A program made the position numbers and the translations under genes. From NCBI RefSeq assembly GCF_001194135.2, contig NC_068984.1:73735942-73799941 (forward strand): DNA of 64,000 nucleotides, given 5' to 3'. Shown in pieces: positions 23,530 to 36,345 of the stretch (its first letter is position 1; the number at the start of each line of letters is the position of its first letter). Source of the stretch: Octopus bimaculoides. Its lineage: Eukaryota. The notes beneath the pieces were generated by a model that was not told the origin of the DNA, did no database searches, and saw only the letters and a list, made by a program, of their open reading frames with translations.

Positions 23530-26500
23530 CCCCCAGTCATTTCCTGTTTTTGCTTGCAACATTTGTGATTTCCATAGTTTACACTTGCACTGACAGCAAT
23601 GTGTGCAGACTATTCAAATGCAGACCTGACGTCTCTATTTAGTGCGTTGATTTCTTACTTCTTATGATGGTTCATTGTTATTACCGTAAATGTTAAGTAA
23701 CACATGTTGCACACGCTTCTCAAAATGAAAGAATCCCAGAAGTATTGAGAAACACTTTGTCGCACTTTTGTTTGAAGCATCAGATTGAAAAGGACAAACT
23801 ATATACTGTACATAAAAGTATATTCAACACTTCTGTGTGACATTTACTGTCAGTGAATAAGCACGTTCAACACTGCTGTATGACTAACAAATGCTTCGCA
23901 ACATGATACACGAGAATAGATCGAATTGCAAAGGAAAATTTTGACAATGACGGCAAACCAGAGCAGTAATATGCTCTTTACTGCCGCTGTGAATTGATAG
24001 AATCATAAGAATGTTCCTTAGACTATTCCATGGTATTTGTTTCGAGCTTCGGTGCTCTTAGTTCAAATCTTCCGGATCGCAATATTCTGATCCGAGTTCA
24101 AATTCTGCTAAGATCAAGTTAATCCTTCATTTCTCTGGGTCCGGTGAAATAAAGGACTAGTCAATTAGTGAGGTCCGTTTAATCGACTGCCCCCCTCTCC
24201 ACAAAAAATGTTGACCTTGTGCTTAAATCAGAAATAGGGGATTGGAATTGTATTTTATATGCACGATAGAATTGTTTCGAGTTAACCCATACGAGAAGGA
24301 AGTGCAAAATTCCTCGAAAACCTACTCAAAGGCTTCCAACTTTCTCACAAATAGCGACTGGGTTTTTTGACTATGACATTGTTAACGCAACGCAACCATA
24401 ATGNNNNNNNNNNNNNNNNNNNNNNNNNNNNNNNNNNNNNNNNNNNNNNNNNNNNNNNGAGGGTGGGGAAGATCATTTCAAGATAGAGTGTTCTTCAATT
24501 TAGTGAGTAAGAATAAAGGAATATCTGAACAAAATAACGAATTCTTTCACTAAGTGACAGAGTTGGACGTTGGAACAATCATTGTTCATGCTATTTGTGG
24601 AACGAATTTAAATAAGTACCTGTTTTTCTACTTCTGCTGTAACTATTGTTTCTACTACTACTGCTGTAACTATTGTTTCTACTACTACTGCTGCAACTAT
24701 TGATACTACTACTGCTGCTGCCGTTGATTGCCACTCTATGAACAGATACATAATTAAAGGCATTTGATGCCATTTACTGCCCATCTCTTTGTTCAAGCAT
24801 AATATATCTAGGACTACAGTATCCATTGTGTCCTTCACTTTTCATTTGTGATTTAAGCTAGATTTCGCTGCTATTTCTAGCTGGTTGAAGAAACAAGTAA
24901 CGATAATCCCGACCATTACAGTTTCATATATTCCCCACTTAAAAACTCGTTTCTGTCTAAGCAAAAGCAATATTCCATATCCCAGTATATTACAGCTGTA
25001 TAAAGTAAGAAATTCACTCCCTGACTACATGGTCCGAATTCATTCATACTCCATGGTAAATTTGGAAACTGCTTTCTACAACTTCAGGCTGACCAAAGAC
25101 TTGCGAATAAAGTTTGGTAAGCCAAAATTGCATGAAAGACTTTTGGTAGGAGCGTTCCTCTTTGTTCTGTTTAACGCCACCGCTTGGGATATGGGTGGAT
25201 GTCTCGAGTGGACTTTACTCTGTTGTAAGCATCCAAACCATGCTTTCTGTCTGCGGATAACTTTCTACTTTCCTCCTACGAATCCTGGAGGAGGCCTAGC
25301 GAAAATTTAAGACACGTTTCCCTTTTTTTTCGGATTAAGTTACTTGTTTTCACTGCGCAAGTATTAGCCGCTGATTATAAATGTGTTAGACATACTTTCA
25401 ATCGATTCTCTCTTCTGAAGTTTAATGAAAAAAATTAATCGATTTATAAAACAGACAGGTACCAGAGTTTTCATTTATGCTAGAAATGTACAGTCGTTTA
25501 AATTGACTTCATGGCATAATTAGAAAATTATTTCATTGACACTGGAGAAGGGAAAGACGAAGTCGAGCCCAGAATGGTTAGGACGGATTATGCAATGAAA
25601 TACTAAAGATCGAGGCAACGATGTACAAATCTTCGCCAACCATATGAGCTAGCATTCTTTAACCAGTATACTTGTGTGCTGCTATTGGTACGAAGGTATG
25701 TCGCGATTTTTAGAAATGAGTCGGAAAGGACTAAGATATTTAGAGGACTAGAGTGTTTTTAATTACACCATACGGGTGCATGTTTGGCCGTTTCTGTTTT
25801 TAAAATATATCTAAAATGCTTGCATATAATTTTAAAGAAAACCTTTAAGCAATGTAGGTGAAAATTTAGGCAAAATATGCAAAGCGATGCCCACATATAA
25901 AACAATGACAAATGATTGCATCATCCTACATAGTTTGTTTAATGCTTACATAATATTTTGGGAAAGATCCCCCTTATTAAGTATAAGATAGAAAATAATG
26001 CACGAGTTCAGAAAAAAGGCGTTATTGTAGACAGGTTATTTCTGTGATGTGAGGATAAACCAAAAGACACTTGCCTGAGATTCCACGCAGTGGCTTCGAA
26101 CTCAGGACACAGTGACTGCGAAGCGTTCTTCTTAATCATTCGGTCACATATTTAACTAACACGCGCGTACATTCATGCTTGTATTCTTGGTCCAGTCTTG
26201 AATCCAGATCCGGAAGAGACCATATTTCAATATTTAGTTTGTCTCTTGTCTTTATTTTCTCATTCATTGCTGTTCTTGATTCTGTTACTATCCCTCAAAT
26301 AGCCTCAAATTGACTAAGTTGTTAGTGTCGGCTGGAATGATTTTTGCGGTATTTATTTTGACTTTTGAGTTCTAATACCGACAGCTTTCTTTTTCATTCT
26401 TCTTCGGATTGATGCTTATCAGTCCTAAACTGCGACTGAGTATTCTTTCTGTTTTCCTGGAGTAGCAACCCAACGATCACTGGAGAGTTTGCCGAAAATC

Positions 26501-27201
26501 AGGGTTTTTAAAACTACTCATACACGAATCATAGAACCGTAGCCCCGTGAAAGATTTCTTCAACGAAGTTCATAATTCGTATATGGGCAGTAATTTTTAA
26601 CCAATGAGAAATCAATAATTTCTCATGTTCGGGCAAACGAACTTACGTTCTCTCTCACTTTGAAGGGGGATCGTCTCTGGCTAGAACAGGGAGGGCTGAG
26701 CACCAACATTTAAAAATGTCCAAGGTATACCGTATGTCTCGACGGTGCCTCTGCTTTTCTATAAGGAGCCGATAGTCTAAGGCAAAGCAAGTATTCCAAC
26801 GCTATTTTTGTTTCTTAAAAATGATAAAAAGAAAGATTTGTTCATTTCCTTCGTTTTTTAATCACACCTTTTATGACGTCATTTTATTATTCATTGTGAC
26901 ATCATCAAAGTAGTGAGATTTTATTTTTAGCTTATTTTGAATTTACATCGTATTCAACAGAAAGGTCTCACGATATCGGAAGCTTGTCTGCTCATCAATA
27001 CAAACACATATACAAATACACGCATGCACTTTTACGCATATTTGTGCACTCACTCGTGCACTTACATACACGTAGGTGCACATATATACATAGATTTGCT
27101 CGCAAGCAAGCACACAACTTACTCAATTTTAGCCACTCAACTGTTCTGAAGGTCCAAAAAAATATTGTATTTATCTGCAGCGTAGCTAGAGTGTGCCGCC
27201 C

Positions 27202-27577
27202 GCGAATTTTTTTCCCACGAGAGATCCGGACCCCAGTTACGAACTCATTTGCGTACAGCCAGTCAGAGCTCAACTATCAAACTAATTTATGGGCGCATAA
27301 CAAGTGATGGGCAATAAGATAAGGTCACTTGAGTAAGGAATGACCATGCTACTTTTCTCTTTTAATAATTCTTGTTAGGCATAATCTGAGGGCTGAACGG
27401 CCCCTTTCCTTTCACACTTTTTAAACAATCCTTCTACAGTCTGCTTGCACCAATGCGGTTTCTGCCACCAGCAACAACCCTTGTTAACTTGACAACAAGG
27501 TCAAAGTGAGCTCTGGTTGGCTGTATGCAAATGAGTTCATTACTGGGGTCCGGAACTATCGTGGGGAAAATTTTCGC
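27202..27577. repeat. 71-bp imperfect inverted repeat (27202-27272 / 27507-27577) with 234-bp spacer
   Basis: Manual alignment gives 61/71 identities; the right arm has ATGCAAAT and the left arm ATTTGCGT. Confidence 0.85.
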
Positions 27578-29496
27578 CTGCCGCCTCGGGTAGCCCTTGA
27601 GTTTCCTGTCACTCCTACACACACACCACCACTATCACACGCTTATAGAACAGAAGCAAAAGTGCTGCCCCTTTAAAAGTATTGCGCAGGGCTCACTTCC
27701 GTCGCTCACCATCGCTCCCTCATCCCACACCAGCTACGCTACTCGGATGGATAGAACAATAATTCGTTGTGCATCCTGTAACCGTTTCCTCCTTTCAATC
27801 TTGTTTTTGTGTTCCCTTTTTTGACAGTCCAACGTCTTCATTTTCTTATACATACACATATATATGTGATAAGAAAAAGTTATTGAATACACGATGCAAT
27901 ATTATGTGATATATTGCATAAAATTAAGTAACCTTAGCATCCTGGATTTTAAATGTTGGTACAAGGCCAGCAAGATCTGGGGAGAGAGTAAGTCGATTAC
28001 ATCAACCCCAGTACTTAACTGGTACTTATTTTATCGACTGCGAAAGGATGAAAGGCAAAGTCGACCTCGGTGGAATTTGAAACAAGAACGTAAAGACGGA
28101 TTTTGCCTGGTGTGATAATGATTCTACCAGCATCCTTGGTATTAAGATAAATAAATTTAGCAAAAGTTATGCAAATAATTAAGAATTCTTTTCAAACTAA
28201 AAATGATTTTTCCACAGAAGTCTCCAAGTTTTCCTCTCGAATATTCTAGTTTATGACTTGCAAACATTGCCCAACATCGAACCATTACGTAACTACTACT
28301 ACTAACTGTGTGACAACAGGGCAGTAACGAAGATCCATACTGCATAATTTAAGTTCTGATTGCTACTAGATTCTGTGAAGTATTTCTTCTGTCACTTCAC
28401 TGAATCTGTTTCTCCAAACACTTCAAGATAGAGAAAATTACATAAGAACATTCATTTCTAACATTGATGCACCGACGCAGAAATATGGAGGAGCCTTCAA
28501 ATACATACATACATACATACATACATACATACATACATACATACATACATACATACAGATGAGATCCAGGGATGCTCAGTATAGAAAACACTTAGTAACG
28601 CTCCAATGATTTGAGCTTAAACTCCGAAATCCTTAGCGCGGTCTAAGTCCGCAGCGTAAAGAGTGACTATAAGAGGAATCTAGGCGAGCAGATATAGAAA
28701 CAATGATGTAAATAAACAAATGAAACCACTTGGGCTAAACATACAAAATATACATACATATATACACATGTAAACATAGAGAAACTAAATGCTGAAAATA
28801 TTCAGATGTGATGTATATTCATGAGTAAATATATAGATATTTATGGTTTAACAGAGCGGGCTTACACGGAATACAAAGGCATAGGAGATTAAAGGGAGAA
28901 GGTATGGTGTTACAAGTCCGACCACTTTTTCTGGGGGCACGGAATTACTTCATAATGTTGGAAGATGTAGTTCGCAAAACGTCAAGAATATGCAACCAGT
29001 CGTGGAAGCATATAAACATTATGAGCATTATTTTGGTATTTATGGGAGCAACTGTCTTCGAAGACTCGTATTATCGTTCAATGCTCGAAATGAGGAATAG
29101 ATAGACAGCCGACAACTGATGAAGGGTCATTCTTTGTGTTACTTGTCCTGTTTTCTTTTTTTTTCTTGTTGTTTGCGTAACTCATTTGCTTTCGTATTTC
29201 ATGTTGTTTACTGTTGGTGACGTCCTGACACATATATGCATATATATATATATTTGACGCTATCCTACGTTAAATTCAACTTACGTTGAAAGTCAACAAA
29301 GTTTAGTCAAGAAGCGTTGAGATGTATTGAAAGATACAGCTAAGAAAATAATTTCATTCTCCAATGCCGACAGATTTTTCTGCAAAATATGCACACTTTA
29401 TCATGTTCATGCTATATTATTAGCATTATTCTGCATTTGAGGATAACATTATTTCCTTATCTGTATATATATGATTGTGTGTGTGTAGATTTATAC

Positions 29497-29543
<47 letters not shown>

Positions 29544-32500
29544 NNNNNNNNNNCATACGTTTTGTTTGCAATGTCCTATACCCAGATATGCACCTATATA
29601 TACAGGTAGATGTAGGTATGCACATACTTATACGTATATATGCATATACTCATTTATTATTTGTTTTACATGATCGAACGCACGCATCATCCCTGCAAGT
29701 AAGTTTTGAACTTTATATTTTCTGACGCGACTCTATCTATCTCTGAATCTTTTCCTCCCTCTCGTTCTTCTTTCTGTTACTACTATATCTCTTCCTTCCT
29801 CTCTTTTTCTCGTTGCTACTACTATATCTCTCTTTCCCCCTCTCATTCTTCCTTCTGTTACTACTATATCTCTCTCTTCCTCTCTTTCTCTCGTTGCTCA
29901 CCTATTTTCTACTTCCTCCCCCTTTTCTCCCTTTACCACCCTTTCTGTGTCCAGCTACTAATTCTTTTCTTCCTTGGCTATCGCCAAGCAAACATACGAA
30001 CCTACTTTGTCCCGCTTGCTTCCAGTTCGTTGTTTCACAGCGTTCAATATACACATAATTTTTCACATCTGGCCGTATAGCCTTTTCCGTTTGTTTTCCT
30101 GTCTTGTTTTCTGTCCGCCACTACATTCCTCCATGGTACAAATTTAATTTGTGGTCCGTGGGAAGAGCCATTTTAACAATACGTCCTGCCCTAACTCTTC
30201 GAAACGCCTGTGTTAGAATGGTGGCAGCTGACGAAGGAAAATATTCTCTATGTGGCCTGTGTGTTTTATGTACTCTAGTTATTATTATTTTTTTGTCTAC
30301 GTTTTGTTTGCAACGTCCTGTACCCAGATATGCACCTGTATATACAGGTAGATGTAGGTATGCACATACTTGTACGTATATATGCATATACTCATTTATT
30401 ATTTGTTATACATACATATATATATATATATATATATTTATATTAAGGGCATTATTACACGTAAATGCCTCACGCTGTTAGGGACTATATATATATATAT
30501 ATAAAAGAAATTTTGTTGAAGAGATTTTCCCCACGTGATGAATTGTAGTGAAAAAATATATTAAATAGAAGAAGAAAAATGCACTTAATTTGCATATTTT
30601 TAATATATTTTAAAGGATAGAATATCATGATAGTCTACCGGTTTCGCTAATCATGACATTGAAATTGGTGAGAATGTTGAAATTTCGCATTTTTCTTAAG
30701 GAGTTTTTAGTCCATATTGCTTGTATGAAAGTTTATTTGATGGATAGATAGATATAGTACATATATCCATATATAAAGTGTTTGCAGTGGTGATTGCCTT
30801 AAACGTAATAATCCTCACTCATCAGCGTTGTTGGCATTATCGCTGTCTCCCTCCCTCCCCCCTCTCTCTCTGCTCCTCCTCCTCCTCCTTTTTATATTTA
30901 TTATCACCATCACTACCACCACATTCACCATGCACCCAGAAGATGCGAACCAATACCATCCCTCTCAGCCTTTAGCGACTTGATAACGACAAAGGATCTT
31001 TTCTTCGTATGTATATATATATATATATTCATATATATTTTTGCCACAATACAATCCGAACATTTAAGTAGCGACTTGGTTAAAGAATGAAGGGAACAAA
31101 TTGCAACCAACACTATGTAACCATGCATTCCCCTTCCAGTCCTTACTCCCTGTTAGCCCTTCCTTTTACTCCTGCAACCCTATTCTTTCTTCGGTGGTTA
31201 TCCTCCCTCCCTCCCACGTCTCCTCTTCATTATGATAATCAGACGGCATCACCAGTCGTGTATGCCTTTTTTCTCTTATTTGCTGCTTTCTTGTTTGCCC
31301 CCCCCCCACTTTCTTATTCATTTCTTTTCTTCTGCTTTGCATCTCTCACTCCTTCTCCTTTTCCCCCCTCTCTTCTTTGGTGTTAATGACGTTGTTGTGA
31401 TTGTGGTTGCTGTTCTTATTGCTTTTATTGTTGTTGTTGTTGTTCTTCTTCTTCTTCTTCTTCTTCTCCTNNNNNNNNNNNNNNNNNNNNNNNNNNNNNN
31501 NNNNNNNNNNNNNNNNNNNNNNNNNNNNNNNNNNNNNNNNNNNNNNNNNNNNNNNNNNNNNNNNNNNNNNNNNNNNNNNNNNNNNNNNNNNNNNNNNNNN
31601 NNNNNNNNNNNNNNNNNNNNNNNNNNNNNNNNNNNNNNNNNNNNNNNNNNNNNNNNNNNNNNNNNNNNNNNNNNNNNNNNNNNNNNNNNNNNNNNNNNNN
31701 NNNNNNNNNNNNNNNNNNNNNNNNNNNNNNNNNNNNNNNNNNNNNNNNNNNNNNNNNNNNNNNNNNNNNNNNNNNNNNNNNNNNNNNNNNNNNNNNNNNN
31801 NNNNNNNNNNNNNNNNNNNNNNNNNNNNNNNNNNNNNNNNNNNNNNNNNNNNNNNNNNNNNNNNNNNNNNNNNNNNNNNNNNNNNNNNNNNNNNNNNNNN
31901 NNNNNNNNNNNNNNNNNNNNNNNNNNNNNNNNNNNNNNNNNNNNNNNNNNNNNCTCCTTCCCATTTTCGTTATCGTTTCGTTTATTTTTCTTTTATCTCT
32001 TACTTTTCACATGAATAGAAAACGGTTACAATAACTCTTGTCCCTGTGAATACAGCATCAGTAACAACAATAGCAACAACAAATGTAACCACACCGCTAC
32101 CGCCATCACTATCATCACTGCCAACATCGCAATTAAAAAAAAAACAGTATCGCCCCCACCACCACCCAATAACCCCCCACCCAACAACAACAATAACAGA
32201 CTTTTGAGCTATTTGTTCTACATCTCTTCACTCAAATCCCACCAAGATCTTTGCTTTTCATTTTTGATGTGGTCGATAAAAAAAAAAACAGAAAATACCT
32301 ATCCAAGACTGTTGATTGGTGGTACCATAAAAACGTCGGTGGGTGGGAAAAACTTAATACGACGCCCGGTTTAACACCACCATCAGACACCTTGGTTGCA
32401 TTTAGCAGAGTCCATTCTGTTGCAAGCGCGCCAGCCAGGCTTGCGAAATCGAAAATCTTCCTCCTTCCTTCCCAGTAGTCGCAGAGGCACTGTAACAGAT

Positions 32501-33915
32501 CACGGAGTTATGTCTTTCCCTTTTGACTAAAACGATAAATATAAAAAAAAACAACAACAACAACACCTGCCTCAGTTTCAACAAGAAACAAACAACATTT
32601 CCCCACCCCACTCTCCACACATGAAATATAATGCAAGGCTTTAACTTTTATATAATACCGCCGGGTCAGCAGGGGGTGATTCAGTTTCATAATATAATTG
32701 GGTGCGACTTCTGACGATGACAACAGCCTTGATGGTGAACGCAGTGCGACAAAGGTGAATGCCCTAGAAAGAATTAGCTGGGGTGCAGCCAACCAGTCAA
32801 GTCATTGAACCCGGCATAGCCAGCCAAGTTAATAGTAGATCCCTTGTTTCAGATGGTGTGCGCCGCCAAGCGATTTTTGCAGAGATAACATAGCAAGATC
32901 GCCATGGTTTGTTGAAAACAAGAAAAAATAAAAAACTAAATAATTGCATGCATTCGAGTGTGTGCGTGTCTCTGTTTGTCTGTCTGTCTGTCTGTCTGTT
33001 TAAATGTATGTATATATGTATGTATGTATGTATGTATGTACATAACATTCTTTTGGGGGTAACTGGATCTCGAGGTACATATAAAGCTATGAATAATAGT
33101 TTCAGATTTTGGAATGAGGTTATCAGTTTTTGAGGGAAGGGGAAGTCGATTGTATCGACTCCTGCGCTCAGTTTATACTTGTTTTATCGACCTCGAAAGG
33201 ATGAAAGGTAACGTCGATATCAGCGGAATTTGAACACAGGACGTAAATCCAGAAGAAACGCTGCTGAGCATTTTATCCGGCGCAGTGACGACTCCGCTAG
33301 CTCAACGCCTTATAAAATACGATCAGTAGCATAGCATATAAATATTGGTTTGAGAAACCCTCTTCGATAGAAAAAATATTCCACGTTCTCTCAAAAGTTC
33401 ATGATTTCATTTGAGGTCAGCCGTCTATAAGTATATAAAGCAAAGGAGGTCTCTCTCTCTGTGTAATAAGTATGTATTTCTACAGTTTTCAACCAATTTC
33501 CACCAAACTTTACACACACATTACTTATGTACTAAAGATGGTCATGCACTATAATTTTCCCCCAGATATCTAAAAACTGAAGTTTTCAACCGACACTTTC
33601 CCTTTACTCATTCTCTGTTTCTTACATACATTCTCTCTCACCCTCTGAAATAGTTCCTTTCTTTTAGTCTGTCTTCTTTCCTTCCTTCTTTCTCCCTCTA
33701 CTTCGTTTCCTTCTTTTTCTTTCTTCCTTTTCTTCCTTCCATCCTTTCTTTCTCTTTTTTTTCTTCCTCTCCCTCCCTCTTTTTTCTTTCTTTTCCTCTT
33801 TCTATTTGATTAAAGGTAGTGCTCCAGCACGGCCACAATCAAATGACTGACACAAGTAAAAGAATAAAAAAAATTATGACATTTTCATCCCGAGCAACGT
33901 CGGGTATCTCTGCCA

Positions 33916-33953
<38 letters not shown>

Positions 33954-34196
33954 TCCCCCCTCTCTCANNNNNNNNNNNNNNNNNNNNNNNNNNNNNNNNN
34001 NNNNNNNNNNNNNNNNNNNNNNNNNNNNNNNNNNNNNNNNNNNNNNNNNNNNNNNNNCTTTCTTAGCTCTCCTGAAATAAGAATTTCTAACTTCCGGTCA
34101 GTCAGCCATTGTTATGATCGGCCATTATTATGATTGACCGTTGACTGAACACTATTCAATTTTTTTTTCTCCGTGTTTTTCTCCTTGTCTCCGTAT

Positions 34197-34233
34197 TCTT
34201 TCTGTTGAAGAGCGTAGCTCGAAACGTCAAAGA
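34197..34233 (+). ncRNA. Minimal type I hammerhead-like motif (Penelope-terminal type) with core CUGUUGA
   Basis: TCTTT-CTGTTGA-A-GAGC GTA GCTC-GAAAC-GTC-AAAGA: stem I 5 bp, stem II 4 bp, palindromic AACGT stem III region, GUC triplet. Confidence 0.55.
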
Positions 34234-34324
34234 CTTTCCGTATTCCCGAGCGTCATACTAATATATACTTTTGTTATTTACACCACCTGTCCTCGTCTGT
34301 TGTTATTTTTTGTATAATCTCCCA

Positions 34325-34560
34325 TATATATATATTAATATATAAAACTGAAAAAGTCTGTCTGAATCCCTAAAACACGAGAACTGCACAACCGATTTCA
34401 TTCAAATTTTACACATGCCTTAATTATCTATGCAGTGTCATGGGCCGAAAAAATTTTCAACTTCTTGCCTAATGCGAGCCCAGAAGCAATCTCTTATTTC
34501 TTACACTATTTCAGTATTACATATCAAAAGTGAAACAATAATATCTCTATCGTAATGTCA
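34325..34560 (+). mobile_element. Probable Helitron-type non-autonomous 5' fragment
   Basis: tatatataaaactgaaaaagtctgtctg...gaactgcacaaccgatttcattcaaattttacaca, typical of non-autonomous Helitron starts; no 3' CTRR identified. Confidence 0.4.
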
Positions 34561-34624
34561 TATACTTTCAGTTATAATAGTAAAACTATTAATACTTTCA
34601 CTATGTATATGCATACATACATAC

Positions 34625-34667
<43 letters not shown>

Positions 34668-34881
34668 ATAATACAAAGAATATATATACATGTATACACA
34701 CATATATGTACATACTTACATCTACATGTGTATATACATGCATATCAGGGTACAGGACGTTAGAACAATAAACTACAGACAACGGAACGAACATATAGGA
34801 AAACGGAAAGCCACTTGGAATATCCCTTCATCAGCTGTCTCTATTCTATCTAGACGTTTCGATATATATATATATATATAC

Positions 34882-34931
<50 letters not shown>

Positions 34932-35000
34932 GCATATAAATTGTCGACCTTGTGTCTAAGTTTGAAATCGATGTTAATACAGCTTCTGTCGCTATTAATT

Positions 35001-35204
35001 AATCCTTTATATTATAGGCACAAGGCCTGAAATTTGAGGGGAGAGGACCAGTCGATTAGATGGACCACAGTACGCAACTGGTACTTAATTTATCGGCCAC
35101 GAAAGGAGGAAAGGCAAAGTCGACCTCATCGGAATTTGAACTCAGAGCGTGAAGACCGTTAAGCATTACGCCCGGCGTGTTAACGATTCTGCCAGCTCGT
35201 CGCC
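35001..35204 (-). mobile_element. SINE family A copy
   Basis: aggcacaaggcctgaaatt...gatgaaaggcaaagtcgacctc..ggaatttgaactcag...ctgccagctcg on the + strand. Confidence 0.8.
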
Positions 35205-35546
35205 CAGTCGCTATTAATTAATGATTATACACACACACAATGAATATTAATGGGAATGCTTTTTTAATAATAAATTTGTCATCAATATAGGCTTAAAATT
35301 TTTGAACAAGGCCAGAAATTCCGGGGTGTGGATAAGTTGGCTAAATCGACCCAGTGCTCAGCTGGTACTTATTTTATCGACCCTGAAAGGATGAAATGCA
35401 AAATCAACCTCGGCGGAGTTTGAACTTAAAATATTTCCACGATATTAACGTAACATTTCTGTGAAGTATCTCAGCCAAACCTTCTTCATAGATGTAGAAA
35501 CGATAAATTTCAGTGAATTATGCTTATTCCTATAAAGAATGTTTCC

Positions 35547-35935
35547 AGGCATTGCAGTGTGATTAAGAAATTTGCTTTGTAATCACATGGTTTCAGGTTC
35601 AGTCCCTCTCTGCAGCACTTTGGCTAAGTTTTTTTTTTCTACTATAGTCCCGGAACGACAAATGCTTTGCGAGTGAATTTGTACAACGGAAACTGTGTGG
35701 AAGCCCGTCGTATATACGCGTGTGGGTATGTGTGCATGTTTGTGCGTGAGAGTGTCTTTCTGTTTGTGTTTATCCCCACTACCGCTTCACAACCGGAGTT
35801 GGTTTGTTTATATTCCCGTTACTTTGTGGTTCGGCAAAAGAGAGTGATGGAATACGTACTAGACTTAAAAGTAAGTCCTGGGGTTGATCTGTACGACAAC
35901 AAACACTTCAAGGTGGTGTCCCAGCATGGCTGCAG
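35547..35935 (+). mobile_element. SINE family B copy (tail-to-tail with the next copy)
   Basis: Head ggttcagtccc, body gaagcccgtcgtatatac, tail ccagcatggctgcag. Confidence 0.7.
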
Positions 35936-35954
35936 ATAATAAATTCTTATATTC

Positions 35955-36136
35955 TTTTGTTTTAGTCATTTGACTGCGGCCATGCTGGAGCACCGCCTTG
36001 AAGCGTTTTAGTCGAACAAATCGACCCCCAGGACTTATTTTTTAAAGCCTAGTTCTTATTCTACCAGTCTCTTCTGCTGAACCACTGAGTTACGGAGACG
36101 GAAACACACCAGCGCCTGTGATGGTGATGGGAGGAT

Positions 36137-36182
<46 letters not shown>

Positions 36183-36345
36183 GACGAACTTCTTTCAGTT
36201 TCCATCTACTTAATCTACTCACAAGGCTTTGGTCGACCCGAGGCTATAGTAGAATACACTTGCCCAAGGTGCCACGTAGTGAGACTGAAACCGGAACTAT
36301 GTGGTTGAGAAGCAAACTTCTTACCACACAGCCACGCCTGCGCCT
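35955..36345 (-). mobile_element. SINE family B copy
   Basis: gcggccatgctggagcaccgcc ... cttcttaccacacagccacgcctgcgcc on the + strand. Confidence 0.8.

Noticed and set aside
24591-24838. Ser/Val-rich minus-strand ORFs
   Set aside because: Derived from a degenerate (ACT/GCT)n tract with a 27-bp tandem unit.
24885-25310. 141-aa ORF (TTG start)
   Set aside because: No ATG start, no recognisable domain and no supporting splice structure.
29558-30412. ~113-bp direct repeat (29558-29670 and 30300-30412)
   Set aside because: Part of the dispersed repeat family already covered under the permuted hammerhead finding, not an LTR pair.
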